Source: Acidimicrobiales bacterium (GTDB lineage Bacteria > Actinomycetota > Acidimicrobiia > Acidimicrobiales > Bog-793). Taken from it: a stretch of 64,000 nt of DNA. How positions within the stretch are numbered: position 1 is the stretch's first letter; the number at the start of each line of letters is the position of its first letter. The notes under the pieces were generated by a model that ran no database searches, was not told where the DNA came from, and was given only the letters and a program-made list of their open reading frames with translations. This document shows, piece by piece, positions 25,927 to 36,051 of this stretch. The position numbers and the translations under genes are program-made. The stretch is taken from contig JBKQMT010000174.1 of NCBI GenBank assembly GCA_052146595.1, positions 10,370 to 74,369 of the forward strand, read 5' to 3'.

Positions 25927-27051
25927 CTAGGACAAGGCGCCCTCCTCCTCGGCGGTCCAGGCTTGTTCTGCGGCTGCGAGGGCGTCGCGGATCGAGCCGT
26001 GCAGTCGGGAACAGCCCTCGAGGGCGCCGCCAAGTGCTTCCAACGCTTCGAGCACGACGCCGAGGCGGGCGCGCTGGCCGGTGTGGTCGATCCGCAGGAC
26101 GGTCCCGGCCAGCTTGCCGAAGCCGGGCGAGATCGCCACAAGGCGGCCGGCGCGCGCCCGTTCGACCAAAGCGCGGGCGTCGAGGCCGGCCGGCGCGCGG
26201 AGGGTTGTCGCGACTGCGGCGGCGTCGATGTCGCTTGCGAACGGAGTCAGGCCTAGGGCCCGCGCGCCGGAGCGGCTGGCGGCCGCGGACGCCCGATGGC
26301 GGAGCTGTACGTGCTGCAAGCCCTCGGTCGAGACGCGTTCGATGGCGGCCTCGAGGGCGATGATCTCGAGTGGCGCCGGCGTTCCCGGGATGGCGCTCTT
26401 GTCCGAGTCGAGCCATCGCTCCTTCCAGTCGAGCAGCGAGAGCAGCGAGTTTCGCGGTGCGCCTGGGTTGTCGGCCATCGCCTGCCAGGCACGGCGGCTC
26501 ACCGCTGCGATCGAGATCCCGGCGGGACCTGCCAAGGCCTTCTGCGGTCCGATGACAGCGATGTCGGCGCCCCATTCGTCGAGGCGAACCTCGTGCGCCC
26601 CGATCGAGGCGACGACGTCGATCACCATGAGAGTGCCGTGCTCGTGAGCTAGGTCGGATATGGCCGCAGCGTCGTTGCGCACTCCGCTCGCGGCCTCGAC
26701 ATGGACGAAGCTGACGACCGAGATGTCGGGGTGCTCGCTGAGCGCCCTGTTGACCGCCTCCGGCCTGACGGCTTCATGGGGCTCGGGGGCGATCCCGATG
26801 ACGTTTGCGCCGGTCTCCTGCATCCAGCGTCCCATGGTGGTGCCATATGGGCTCGTGTCGAGGTTCAGGACGGTGAGGTCGCTTCGGCCGAGGCTGCGCG
26901 CTGCCGCCTCGAGCGGCAACACAGCCTCTGCCTGGGGAAGGACGACGTCGAGCCGGGTCTCGAACAGGGAAGCGATGGCGCCCTCGAGTCGTTCGAGGCG
27001 GTCCGGCGTGATGAGCGGCGGATCCAGCAACGGGTTGGCCGAACTGGTCAC
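25927..27051 (-). CDS. Class V aminotransferase (serine-pyruvate/AGXT-like)
   Basis: VSFVHVEAASGVRND...LMVIDVVASIGAHEV...DIAVIGPQKALAGPAGIS (PLP-Lys context). The GTG at 27051 gives a GTGA overlap with the upstream ABC ATPase stop. Confidence 0.75.
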   Translation of the reverse strand: MTSSANPLLDPPLITPDRLERLEGAIASLFETRLDVVLPQAEAVLPLEAAARSLGRSDLTVLNLDTSPYGTTMGRWMQETGANVIGIAPEPHEAVRPEAVNRALSEHPDISVVSFVHVEAASGVRNDAAAISDLAHEHGTLMVIDVVASIGAHEVRLDEWGADIAVIGPQKALAGPAGISIAAVSRRAWQAMADNPGAPRNSLLSLLDWKERWLDSDKSAIPGTPAPLEIIALEAAIERVSTEGLQHVQLRHRASAAASRSGARALGLTPFASDIDAAAVATTLRAPAGLDARALVERARAGRLVAISPGFGKLAGTVLRIDHTGQRARLGVVLEALEALGGALEGCSRLHGSIRDALAAAEQAWTAEEEGALS

Positions 27052-28142
27052 GTTCCCTCCAGGGCGCCGAAAGGCGCCTCGTGTTGGGAGGTCGGGGGCG
27101 CCCCCTCGCGAAGCCACGGCGACGACTCCCCGCGAAAATGACATGCTGCCAGATGCTCGTCGCCGGGGGCGACGCTCTCGAGAAGCGGTCGCACCTGGCT
27201 GCAGACCTCCTCGGCGCGCGGGCAGCGGGGATGAAACGAGCAGCCGGCAGGGATGTCGATCGGGCTCGGTGGCTCGCCCTGCACCACGGGCCGGACGAGC
27301 TCGGTCTGGTGCAGGCGTGGGGCCGCCTCGAGCAGGGCGCGCGTGTAGGGATGGCGCGGGTCGCCGAAGACCGGCTCACGACCGCCCTCCTCGACGACCC
27401 GGCCGAGGTACATGACCACTACGCGGCGGCTCAAGTGGCGCACCACGGCGAGGTTGTGGGAGATGAACACGATCGTGAGGCCGAGGCGGCTGCCCAGGTC
27501 CTCAAAGAGCCGGAGGATCGTGGCCTGGACCGAGACGTCCAGCGCCGAGACGGGCTCGTCGGCGATGATCACGCGCGGCTCGACTGCCAGCGCCCGGGCG
27601 ATCGCGATCCGCTGTCGCTGACCGCCCGAGAATTGGCTCGGCAGGCCACCCAGGGCGTCGGGCGGGAGGCCGACGAGTGTCATCAGCTCCCTGCAGCGAT
27701 CCTCGACGCCGGCTCGCGGCACGATCCCGTGGACCCCTAAGAGCTCGCTCAGCACTTGCCGCACGCTCATGCGGGGGTTGAGCGACGAGTACGGGTCCTG
27801 GAACACCATCTGTATCGCGCGCCGATCCTCGGCGGTTCGTTTCTGGCCGAGCTCACGACCGTCGAGGCGCACGGCTCCAGCGCTGGGGGCGATCTGGCCC
27901 ACGATGCACTTGGCGACGGTGGTCTTGCCACACCCGGACTCGCCGACAAGGCCGAGTACCTCGCCTTCGGCCACCTGGAGGCTGACGTTGTCCACGGCTC
28001 GAAGCACGCGGCCGTGCTCGACATGGAAGCTCACCGAGACGTTGTCGACCTCGAGGAGGGCGCCGGACGCTGGCGCCGCGCCGGACAGCGACGACGCGCC
28101 GGACAACGACGACGCGCCGGACAACGACGACGCCTCAGTCAC
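27048..28142 (-). CDS. Peptide/nickel-type ABC transporter ATP-binding protein (DppF/OppF-like)
   Basis: GESGCGKTT, LSGGQRQRIAIARAL, IIADEPVSALD, and a C-terminal oligopeptide-ABC extension (CSFHPRCP). The GTG at 28142 overlaps the upstream stop. Confidence 0.85.
   Translation of the reverse strand: MTEASSLSGASSLSGASSLSGAAPASGALLEVDNVSVSFHVEHGRVLRAVDNVSLQVAEGEVLGLVGESGCGKTTVAKCIVGQIAPSAGAVRLDGRELGQKRTAEDRRAIQMVFQDPYSSLNPRMSVRQVLSELLGVHGIVPRAGVEDRCRELMTLVGLPPDALGGLPSQFSGGQRQRIAIARALAVEPRVIIADEPVSALDVSVQATILRLFEDLGSRLGLTIVFISHNLAVVRHLSRRVVVMYLGRVVEEGGREPVFGDPRHPYTRALLEAAPRLHQTELVRPVVQGEPPSPIDIPAGCSFHPRCPRAEEVCSQVRPLLESVAPGDEHLAACHFRGESSPWLREGAPPTSQHEAPFGALEGT
28060..28134. repeat. 18-bp tandem repeat (3 near-perfect copies plus 1 degenerate) inside the N-terminus of the DppF-like gene
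   Basis: gcgccggaca[g/a]cgacgac x3 (28078-28131), encoding (SSLSGA)x3 on the minus strand. Confidence 0.85.
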
Positions 28143-29136
28143 GGCCGGCACCGGCCAGTGTGGCCGCGAGCGCCTCGGAGTGAAGGCAGGCCGCTTCTTG
28201 ATCGGGGCCAACCGGCTCCAGCCGGACGTCGGTCGTGACGCAGTCGGGCGTCGCGAACCGGCAGCGGGGATGGAAGGTGCAGCCGCCCGGAAGCCGGAGC
28301 GGGTCCGGGATCGATCCCGGGATGGCGATCGGCTCGCGATCTGGGGTGTCGACGTCGAGCGCCGCCCCCAGCAGCCCCGCTGTATAGGGGTGCCTCGGCG
28401 CGCCGAGGACGGTCTCGGTGGGCCCGGTCTCGACGAGGCGACCCGTGTACATGACGGCGAGCCGCTCGGCGACCTGGCTCACGACGCTGAGGTCGTGGGT
28501 GACGAAGACCAGCGACAGCCCGCGCGCTTCGCGAAGCTCGCAGAGGAGGGCGAGGATCTGAGTCTGGATCGTGACGTCGAGGGCGGTCGTCGGCTCGTCG
28601 CACAACAAGATGGCCGGTTCGGAGGACAAGGCGATCGCGATCATGACCCGCTGGCGGGTGCCTCCGGACAGCTCATGGGGGTAGGCGTGGTAGCGACGCT
28701 CCGGATCGGGGATCCCTACGAGGCGCAGGAGCTCGATCGCCCTCTCCCGCGAGGCGTTCCTAGCGAGGCCGAGGACGTGCCGCGGGGCCTCGGCGATCTG
28801 GTTCCCGACGGTCGCGACCGGGTTGAGAGCGCTCAGGGCGTCCTGGAAGATGATCGACATGCGTTCGCGCTGGTGGTGGCCGCGTCCGCGGCCCCGGTTG
28901 TGCGCCTCCAGCTCGACGCCGTCGACGACCACCCGGCCCGACACGAGCCGTCCTCCGCTTGGCAACAAGTCCATGATCGCCCGCAGGGTGATGCTCTTGC
29001 CCGATCCCGACTCGCCGACGATGGCGAGGGCGCCGCCGCGCTCGAGCGAGAAAGAGACGCCGTCCACAGCCCGGAACGCCGCCTCGTGGCGTCGCATCTC
29101 GACGACGAGGTCCTCTACCTCCAAGAGAGGAGTCAT
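28135..29136 (-). CDS. Peptide/nickel-type ABC transporter ATP-binding protein (DppD/OppD-like)
   Basis: [35 protein letters not shown]-terminal CTFHPRC. ATGA overlap with the permease stop. Confidence 0.85.
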   Translation of the reverse strand: MTPLLEVEDLVVEMRRHEAAFRAVDGVSFSLERGGALAIVGESGSGKSITLRAIMDLLPSGGRLVSGRVVVDGVELEAHNRGRGRGHHQRERMSIIFQDALSALNPVATVGNQIAEAPRHVLGLARNASRERAIELLRLVGIPDPERRYHAYPHELSGGTRQRVMIAIALSSEPAILLCDEPTTALDVTIQTQILALLCELREARGLSLVFVTHDLSVVSQVAERLAVMYTGRLVETGPTETVLGAPRHPYTAGLLGAALDVDTPDREPIAIPGSIPDPLRLPGGCTFHPRCRFATPDCVTTDVRLEPVGPDQEAACLHSEALAATLAGAGRD

Positions 29137-30014
29137 TCGGGCCGCAATACGTCAGCGAGCCCGTCGCCGAGCAGCGACAGCCCGATGCCCGTGAACACTA
29201 CGGCCAGTCCCGGGAAGATGGCCATCCACTGATCGGTCTGGAGGAAGTTCTGGCCGTCATAGATCATCGATCCCCAGTCCGGCGCGGGAGGCTGGATCCC
29301 GAGCCCGAGGTAGCCGAGGGCGACGACGAGCAGGATCACGATCACGATGTCGGACATCACATACACGATCGCCTGCGTGATGGTGTTGGGCAGGATGTGG
29401 CGCCACAGCACTCGTGCCTTGGATATGCCGCCACCCTCCGCCGCGGCCACCCAGTCGAGCTTGCGGGCGATCATGGTCGCGCTCCTCGTGGTCCGGGCGT
29501 AGACGACCCAGTCGGTCAGCCCGTAGGCGATGTAGATGCCGTGGGTTCCCACGCCCACGGCGAACACGAGGGCGATGATCAAGACATAGAAGGGAAAGGC
29601 CAGCACGACGTCCACGATCCGCATGATGACCGTGTCCAGCAGGCCGCCGGCATAGCCGCACACCGTGCCGATGAACACGCCGAAGCAGAAGGGGAAGACC
29701 ACTGCGAGGACGCCGACTTGCAGGTCGGTGCGCCCGCCGTACAAAAGGCGCGACCAGGTGTCACGTCCGAGCTCGTCCGTCCCGAGCCAGTGAAGCGCGC
29801 TCGGGCCTGAGAGCGCGTGCAGGGGGTCCAGTGCCACCGGGCTGTAGCGACCGATGACCGGTGACAAGAGCACGAGGGTGACCATCGTGGCCGTCATGGC
29901 GGCGCCGGACATGAAAGTCGGGCTGTGGAGCACCCGCGAGCCGAACGACGGGCGGCGAGCGACCTCTTGGCCGGCCTCAACCGGCTGGAACGACGGCGCC
30001 ATCGTCGTGCTCAC
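29133..30014 (-). CDS. ABC permease (DppC/OppC-like)
   Basis: BPD_transp_1-type membrane protein (GTDELGRDTWSRLLYG...). GTGA overlap with the upstream permease. Confidence 0.85.
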   Translation of the reverse strand: MSTTMAPSFQPVEAGQEVARRPSFGSRVLHSPTFMSGAAMTATMVTLVLLSPVIGRYSPVALDPLHALSGPSALHWLGTDELGRDTWSRLLYGGRTDLQVGVLAVVFPFCFGVFIGTVCGYAGGLLDTVIMRIVDVVLAFPFYVLIIALVFAVGVGTHGIYIAYGLTDWVVYARTTRSATMIARKLDWVAAAEGGGISKARVLWRHILPNTITQAIVYVMSDIVIVILLVVALGYLGLGIQPPAPDWGSMIYDGQNFLQTDQWMAIFPGLAVVFTGIGLSLLGDGLADVLRPE

Positions 30015-30943
30015 TTGAGCCTTATCCTGGGATCGAGCCGCGCCGTAACGAGATCGGTTATCAAGATCACGGCGATCACCCCCAGGGCGTAGATGAGCGT
30101 GATGCTCTGCACGACGGGGAAATCGCGGACGTCGATGGCGGTCAACATGGCCGCGCCGAGCCCGTTCAGGCCGAAGACTCGCTCGATCACGACCGTGCCA
30201 CCGACGAGGTAGGCGATGTTTATCCCGAGCAGGTTGACGGTCGGGATGAGGGCGTTACGGGCGACGTGCACAAAGGTGACGCGCGACGAGCGCAGTCCCT
30301 TCGCGCGGGCGGTCGCGACGAAGTCGGCCCTGAGCACCTCGAGCATGCCGACTCGCAGGCTCCGGATGAGCACCGGGACGACGCCAAAGGCCGCGCAGAG
30401 TCCGGGCAGGACCAGAGAGTGCACGTGCTGCCAGAAGGTCGTGCCGTAGCCGCCGACCGGGAACCAGTGCAGGTCGACCGAGAAGAACACGATGAGGATG
30501 ATGCCCAACCAGAACGAGGGCATCCCGAGCCCCATGAGCGAGAACAGGCGTACGCCGTGGTCAGCGGGCCGATCCTGGTGAGTGGCGGCGAGGGCTGCGG
30601 TCGGAACCGTGATGATCACTGCGAACAACGTCGCCACGAGCACGAGTGACGCTGTCAGGGGCAGGCAAGGGGCGACGACCGAGGTGACGGGGGCCTGGTA
30701 GTAGATCGAGGTCCCGAGGTTGCCGTGAACAAGGCCGTAGAAATAGGCCCAGAACTGGCGCCAGATCGGCTCGTCGAGGCCGAGCTGGCGGCGAAGGGCG
30801 ACGATCGCCGAGTGCGATGCGTGAGGCCCGAGCAAGGTGCGGGCCGGGTCGCCGGGGATGAGCCGCAAGAGCAGGAACGTGACGACGACCACGCCCAACA
30901 CCACCGGGATCGAGAGCAGGATCCGGCGCACGACATAGCGCAA
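30011..30943 (-). CDS. ABC permease (DppB/OppB-like)
   Basis: MRYVVRRILLSIPVVLGVVVVTFLLLRLIPGDP, the typical DppB N-terminus. Confidence 0.85.
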   Translation of the reverse strand: MRYVVRRILLSIPVVLGVVVVTFLLLRLIPGDPARTLLGPHASHSAIVALRRQLGLDEPIWRQFWAYFYGLVHGNLGTSIYYQAPVTSVVAPCLPLTASLVLVATLFAVIITVPTAALAATHQDRPADHGVRLFSLMGLGMPSFWLGIILIVFFSVDLHWFPVGGYGTTFWQHVHSLVLPGLCAAFGVVPVLIRSLRVGMLEVLRADFVATARAKGLRSSRVTFVHVARNALIPTVNLLGINIAYLVGGTVVIERVFGLNGLGAAMLTAIDVRDFPVVQSITLIYALGVIAVILITDLVTARLDPRIRLK

Positions 30944-31226
30944 GGCGGGGCTGGCGAGGATTCGTGGCAGGGGCGGGCCTACGCGCCCCGAAGAGCGGGG
31001 GCCGGCCGCCAGGTCGCGTGCGAGGGTGGACTTGGGCTTGTTATCGCCGAGCTCGGCTCGGCCGCTTGGCTCAGCCAGACATCCTCCAACCGGTGTGCAG
31101 CAACTGGTTCACGACGACGCCGTGCAACCTCGGTTTCCAAGCGTAGCGGTGGTCATGACCCGAGCCGGGCGACAGCTTTCGCCTGTTGCCGCCGAGGTGT
31201 CTGCGGGCCTCCCGAAGTCGTCGGGC

Positions 31227-32924
31227 TCAGGCGCCCGAGGCGATGTTCAACTCGGCCGCGGTCCGCACCCTGCCACGCCGCATCGTGAAGAGGGCGACGA
31301 TCCCGCACGCGAGCATCATCGCCCCTGCCGCCGAGAGCGCGGCGTCCAGACCGTGGCCGAAGGCGACGTAGGCAGCTTGGGTCACCTCGTGCACGATCTT
31401 TGTGATCGCCGGGGTTCCTCTGAACTGCCTGGCCTGGGAGTTGAAGGTCCCGGTCGTCACCGCGGCGATGACCGTGTTCTGGAAGGACTTCGGGATGCCG
31501 ATGAGGTCGAGCTGAAGGATCAGGCTGGAGATGAGCTGGCCGTTCACCATTGATCCGAGGACCGCCACACCTGCGACGGCCCCGAGCTCGCGACTTGTGT
31601 TGGTGGCAGATGCAGCCATGCCCGAGTTCTCGGCGGGAAGAGCCGACAGGGCAGTGGAGGTGACCGGGACGATCGCGATGCCGAAACCGGCCCCTGCGAT
31701 AGGGAGCGTCCAGCCCAGAGTCGACAGGCCCGAGTTCGGCGTCAAGACGACTTCGGTCAAGATGATGCCAATTCCTGCAAGCGCGCAACCCACTGTCATG
31801 GGCAGCCTCGGACCCGACCTCGCTACCCAACGCCCGGCGAACACGGAGGCGATGATCATTGCTGCAGCCATCGGCACGAAGTCGAGCGCGGTCCCATAGC
31901 CTGAGCTCGTCCCCACGTCCTGGAGGTAAAGGGCCACGAAGAAGAAAATGGAGAAGGTGCCGAAGTACGTGCAGAACGCGACCACGCTGCAGCCGGCGAA
32001 GGCGGAACGCTTGAAGAACGAGACGTCGAGGATGGGGTGGGGCACGGTGCGCTCATAGAACACGAAGAAGACGGCGAGGGCGAAGGAAGCGGCGAAGAGG
32101 AGGTCGATCCTCGTGTTCTTGTAGCCCGCCGTCTCGCCCTGGATGATGGCGAAGGAGGCGGCCGCCAAGGAGCCGGCTCCGAGAAGGAAGCCCGCGAAGT
32201 CCAGTCGGTAGCGGATCTTGTTCGCACTCTCGGGCAGGATCACGGCCGCGCCCACTAGCGCGACTAAGCCGAAGAACAGGTTGAACCAGAAGACGGCCCG
32301 GAACGAGTAGAGCCCGACCAGCACGCCACCGATCAACGGTCCCATGGCGAGGGCAAGGCCAGACACGCCCGCCCAGATCCCGAGCGCCTTGGCGCGGGCT
32401 CGTTTTTCGGGGTAGAGGTGGCGGATCATCGACAGGGTGCCGGGCTCTGAGGCCGCAGCCCCGAGTCCCATGATGACCCGGCCGCCGATCAGGGCATCGG
32501 CGTTCGCAGCCAACGCCGCGACCACCGAGCCGGCACAGAACAAGACGACGCCCGACAGCATTATCTTCTTGCGGCCCAGTTGGTCCCCGAGCGTGCCGAA
32601 CAGCAACATGAAGCTCGCAAAGACGAGCGCGTAACCGTTGATCACCCACTGCAGTTGGCTGATGCCGGTGTGCAGCGTCGACTGAACATTCGCCAGGGTG
32701 ACGCTGATCACCGTGTTGTCCATGAAAGTGAGGAACAGGACCAGCAACAGGGTTGCCAGGCCGAGCCGGCGGCGCATCGTGCTCAAGCGGACAGCCATCT
32801 CCTGAGCTGTGCCCGGAGGCGAGCTGACCGCGGTGCTGTCCAAGGGGAGGGGCTCCATCGCCTCGCGCGTGCGCGAGACTGCCCGGGCGATCGGGCCGTT
32901 ACCGCTCGCCGAGGATTGGAACAT
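31227..32924 (-). CDS. MFS transporter, DHA2 (14-TMS, EmrB/QacA-like) family; the start is uncertain
   Basis: LLLVLFLTFMDNTVISVTLANVQSTL...GTLGDQLGRKK...; about 14 hydrophobic segments. Possible starts at 32924, 32858, 32798 or 32777. Confidence 0.8.
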   Translation of the reverse strand: MFQSSASGNGPIARAVSRTREAMEPLPLDSTAVSSPPGTAQEMAVRLSTMRRRLGLATLLLVLFLTFMDNTVISVTLANVQSTLHTGISQLQWVINGYALVFASFMLLFGTLGDQLGRKKIMLSGVVLFCAGSVVAALAANADALIGGRVIMGLGAAASEPGTLSMIRHLYPEKRARAKALGIWAGVSGLALAMGPLIGGVLVGLYSFRAVFWFNLFFGLVALVGAAVILPESANKIRYRLDFAGFLLGAGSLAAASFAIIQGETAGYKNTRIDLLFAASFALAVFFVFYERTVPHPILDVSFFKRSAFAGCSVVAFCTYFGTFSIFFFVALYLQDVGTSSGYGTALDFVPMAAAMIIASVFAGRWVARSGPRLPMTVGCALAGIGIILTEVVLTPNSGLSTLGWTLPIAGAGFGIAIVPVTSTALSALPAENSGMAASATNTSRELGAVAGVAVLGSMVNGQLISSLILQLDLIGIPKSFQNTVIAAVTTGTFNSQARQFRGTPAITKIVHEVTQAAYVAFGHGLDAALSAAGAMMLACGIVALFTMRRGRVRTAAELNIASGA

Positions 32925-33211
32925 CAGGCGGACCAGCTCGGCATGTACTCAGAAGGTCGTCGTTCCGCCACGGCGACCCCACACCTAGCCGGTTGCAGAC
33001 AACCGATGGGGCGAGCTCCTTTCGAGAGTCCTGCCGCCGAGTGTATGGTCGACGACCTTCGTGGCGTTCGTGGCGCAGCCCTGCACGCCACGCCCGCCGC
33101 CAGGATCAGGCCAACCTGGGCGTTGATCCGGATCGTAGTTACCCGACCGCGTCAAGTGCTGGGCCGAGCCGTCTTGGAACGCACCTGTAACCGGAAACAG
33201 TTCCGTCCGGG

Positions 33212-33796
33212 TTACCAAATGCAGGCGGCGACGCCGTCGGCGCCCTGCTCGTCGGCTTCGGCCCCCTGCTCGCCGCTCAACGGGAACCCGGCGGTCGTGA
33301 GGCCGTGCCCGAAACCGTCGAGGTAGGTGTGCGCCTCGGCCTGGCGGGGATAGCGGTTGGCGAGCTCGTGAAAGCGCGCCGTGTGTCCGGCCTCGAGGAG
33401 ATGGGCGAGCTCGTGGACGATCACGCCGTCGAGGACCCACTCGGGGACCGTCTGGAGGCGGGAGGCGATGCGGATCTCTTGCGAATGGAGCGAGCACGAT
33501 CCCCATCGCCGTTGTTGGCGGGTGGACCAGCGGATCGAGGAGGGCCGGACGCCGCCGAGGTATCGGTCAGCTAGGAGAGCGGCACGCGCCTCGAGCCCGG
33601 CGTCTGAGGCGTGACGGCGCCCGGAGCGTCGCAGCAGATGCTTGACCAACTGCTCGGCGAACACGTCTCGTGCCGCCCGCGACATGCGTTCTGGCACCAC
33701 GACCACAACGCGGCCGCCTTCCCAGAAGGCGACCCCGGTCTTGCGGCGCCGGGCACTCGTGCGGATCTCCACCTCGGGTGTGACGTTCGGGTCCAT
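33212..33796 (-). CDS. YgjP-like (DUF45 / M48-type) zinc metallopeptidase
   Basis: RWGSCS...VIVHELAHLLEAGH (HExxH). ATG at 33796 with AAGGGAG 5 nt upstream. Confidence 0.75.
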   Translation of the reverse strand: MDPNVTPEVEIRTSARRRKTGVAFWEGGRVVVVVPERMSRAARDVFAEQLVKHLLRRSGRRHASDAGLEARAALLADRYLGGVRPSSIRWSTRQQRRWGSCSLHSQEIRIASRLQTVPEWVLDGVIVHELAHLLEAGHTARFHELANRYPRQAEAHTYLDGFGHGLTTAGFPLSGEQGAEADEQGADGVAACIW

Positions 33797-33940
33797 TGGG
33801 CTCCCTTTTCCATCGAGCGTGGACCGATGGTAACCAGGGGGTGTTCGTCGGCGGGGGATGACCCGGGGCATCTCGCGACACGAAAAGGGCCACCCCAGGC
33901 ACAAGAAGGCGCCGTGACCCGGTGGCGAGCGGGTCGAGGT

Positions 33941-35335
33941 TCAGTGGTGGAAGCCTGCCTTCTCCTTTGTCCGTCCCCGTTGGGAAACGCCCGAGGTGGC
34001 CAAGCTCTGCATGACCCTTCCGAGGTCGCCGAGGAGCATCCTGGCGAGATCCCGGCTGAAGCCGTTGCGGACGACGACGCGCAGCACGGACACGTCCTCG
34101 AGCGCCGGAGGCAGGCTGTAGGCGGGGACGAGCCAGCCCGAGGCGCGAAGCGCCTCGGAGATGTCATAGACGCTGTAGGGAAGGTCCTCTGTGAGGCGGA
34201 AGGCGAACACCGGGATCCCTTCGGCCCTGGAGACGAGCGCGAACGGGCCGAGCCGTTCGATCTCGCCCGCCAGCCACTGCGCCGTGCCCCGGCAGGCGGC
34301 CTGGACCTCCCGGTAGCCCTCGGCGCCGAGGCGCAGGAAGTTGTAGTACTGCGCCACGACCTGGGCTCCCGGCCGGGAGAAGTTCAAGGCGAAGGTCGGC
34401 ATCTCGCCGCCGAGGTAGTTGACCCTGAAGACGAGCTCGTCGGGAAGGGCCTCGTCATCACGCCAGAGGATCCAGCCGACGCCCGGGTAGACGAGCCCGA
34501 ACTTGTGACCCGAGACGTTGATGGACTGGACCCTCGGCACCCTGAAGTCCCAGTGCAGCTGCGTGTCGAGAAACGGAGCCACGAGGCCCCCGGACGCCCC
34601 GTCCACGTGCATCGGCACGTGAGGGCCACCAGAGTTCTCGAGGTCGTCGAGGGCGGCGGCGATCTCGGCCACCGGCTCGTAAGCCCCGTCGTAGGTGGAC
34701 CCGAGGATGGCCACGACCCCGATCGTGTTCTCGTCGCAAGCCTTGACGGCTTTTTCTGCCGTGAGATGCGCCGTGTCGGGGCCGACGGGGACGAGGCGAG
34801 GTTCGACGTCGAAGTAGCGGCAGAACTTCTCCCAGCAGACCTGGACGTTGGCTCCCATGACGAGGTTCGGCCGCTCCGCCGGGAGCCCGGCATGGGTGCG
34901 CCGCTGACGCCAACGCCATTTGAGGGCGAGGCCACCGAGCATGCACGCCTCGCTGGAACCGGTCGTCGAGCACCCCGTGGCGCTGGAGCCCTTTGCGTGC
35001 CAGAGGCGGGCGAGGATGTTCACGCACCGCCGCTCGATCTCGGCGGTCTGGGGGTACTCGTCCTTGTCGATCATGTTCTTCGAGGCGCATTCGGCCATGA
35101 GCTTCTCGGCCTCCGGCTCCATCCAGGTCGTCACGAACGTGGCGAGGTTGAGCCGGGCGTTGCCGTCCAGCATCAGCTCGTCGTGGATGATCTGGAAAGC
35201 CGTCCGGGGAGGCATCCCCTTCTCCGCCAGCCGTAGCCGGGGAACCTCGCCGATCTCGCCATGCTGGGCGAACTGGGGCCGGAAGCTCAGCTCGTCGTCA
35301 TCTTTGGGCTCGGTCGTGTGCTGGTGCAGAGGCAT
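33941..35335 (-). CDS. gadB: Glutamate decarboxylase
   Basis: IHDELMLDGNARLNLATFVTTWMEPEAEKLM...NMIDKDEYPQTAEIE...SINVSGHKFGLVYPGVGW (PLP-Lys). I use the internal ATG at 35335 with a GAGGAGG RBS; the track ORF is extended to 35662. Confidence 0.9.
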   Translation of the reverse strand: MPLHQHTTEPKDDDELSFRPQFAQHGEIGEVPRLRLAEKGMPPRTAFQIIHDELMLDGNARLNLATFVTTWMEPEAEKLMAECASKNMIDKDEYPQTAEIERRCVNILARLWHAKGSSATGCSTTGSSEACMLGGLALKWRWRQRRTHAGLPAERPNLVMGANVQVCWEKFCRYFDVEPRLVPVGPDTAHLTAEKAVKACDENTIGVVAILGSTYDGAYEPVAEIAAALDDLENSGGPHVPMHVDGASGGLVAPFLDTQLHWDFRVPRVQSINVSGHKFGLVYPGVGWILWRDDEALPDELVFRVNYLGGEMPTFALNFSRPGAQVVAQYYNFLRLGAEGYREVQAACRGTAQWLAGEIERLGPFALVSRAEGIPVFAFRLTEDLPYSVYDISEALRASGWLVPAYSLPPALEDVSVLRVVVRNGFSRDLARMLLGDLGRVMQSLATSGVSQRGRTKEKAGFHH

Positions 35336-35373
35336 CGCAGGACCTCCTCGTCTCAGGCCAACACTAAGGGCTA

Positions 35374-35402
35374 CGAGCCGGCGCTTCCCGAGCGCTGGCT
35401 CG
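35374..35402 (-). terminator. 12-bp stem, 5-nt loop hairpin between the GNAT gene and gadB
   Basis: cgagccggcgct-tcccg-agcgctggctcg (one G-U pair), read directly. Confidence 0.4.
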
Positions 35403-35406
35403 GTCG

Positions 35407-35892
35407 TCACTCGGGCGGGCTCAGCTGCTTGCGCATCTGCAGGGAAGCGTCTTCGTAGCCGGCCGACTCGTAGAGATGGCGCGCGACGACATTCGACCCG
35501 AACACGTTCAGACCAATTGTCCTGAACCCGTTGCGGGCCGCCTCCTGCTCGGCGGCGAGCAACAGGGCGCGACCGTAGCCCTTGCCGCGCTGGTCCGGCT
35601 CGATCTCGATGGCGTAGATCCAGGCGCCCGCAGACCCAGCCGGCAGTCGAGGTCCCACCCACACGTGGCCTATTCGTTCACCGTCGAGTGTCTCGGCGGC
35701 GAGCCACAGCACGCCCGGGGTCTCCACTCCCTGGGGCAAGAGCTCGTCGGTCTGAGCGCGAGAGCGCGCCTCGGCCTCCTCCTCGGTCCAGTTGCCGGCG
35801 CGGACGTGCTCGGCGGCGTACTCGCGAACGAGACGGGACCGGAGAAACTCGAATTCGTCCGCGGTCATAGGCCGCACACGCAGGTCGTCCAT
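35407..35892 (-). CDS. GNAT N-acetyltransferase
   Basis: IYAIEIEPDQRGKGYGRALLLAAEQEAARNGFRTIGLNVFGSNVVARHLYESAGY. Internal ATG at 35892. Confidence 0.8.
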   Translation of the reverse strand: MDDLRVRPMTADEFEFLRSRLVREYAAEHVRAGNWTEEEAEARSRAQTDELLPQGVETPGVLWLAAETLDGERIGHVWVGPRLPAGSAGAWIYAIEIEPDQRGKGYGRALLLAAEQEAARNGFRTIGLNVFGSNVVARHLYESAGYEDASLQMRKQLSPPE

Positions 35893-36051
35893 GGCGGCAT
35901 CATAAGTACCACGACAGAATCGCTGGCAGCACAGCGCCGGCAGTTCTGAGCTCGGTGGTAGCGCGCCGTGGTCGACGCGCTTCGGCGGGGCCTTCACGCT
36001 CCTGTCCGATTTCCGCCAGACCGGCGGCCGGCCGCCTGGCAGACTCGACAC

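Noticed and set aside
30944-31226. Possible remnant of the missing substrate-binding-protein gene upstream of the peptide ABC operon.
   Set aside because: Only 283 nt are available, and I could read no frame with SBP-like sequence. The region is treated as a promoter region.
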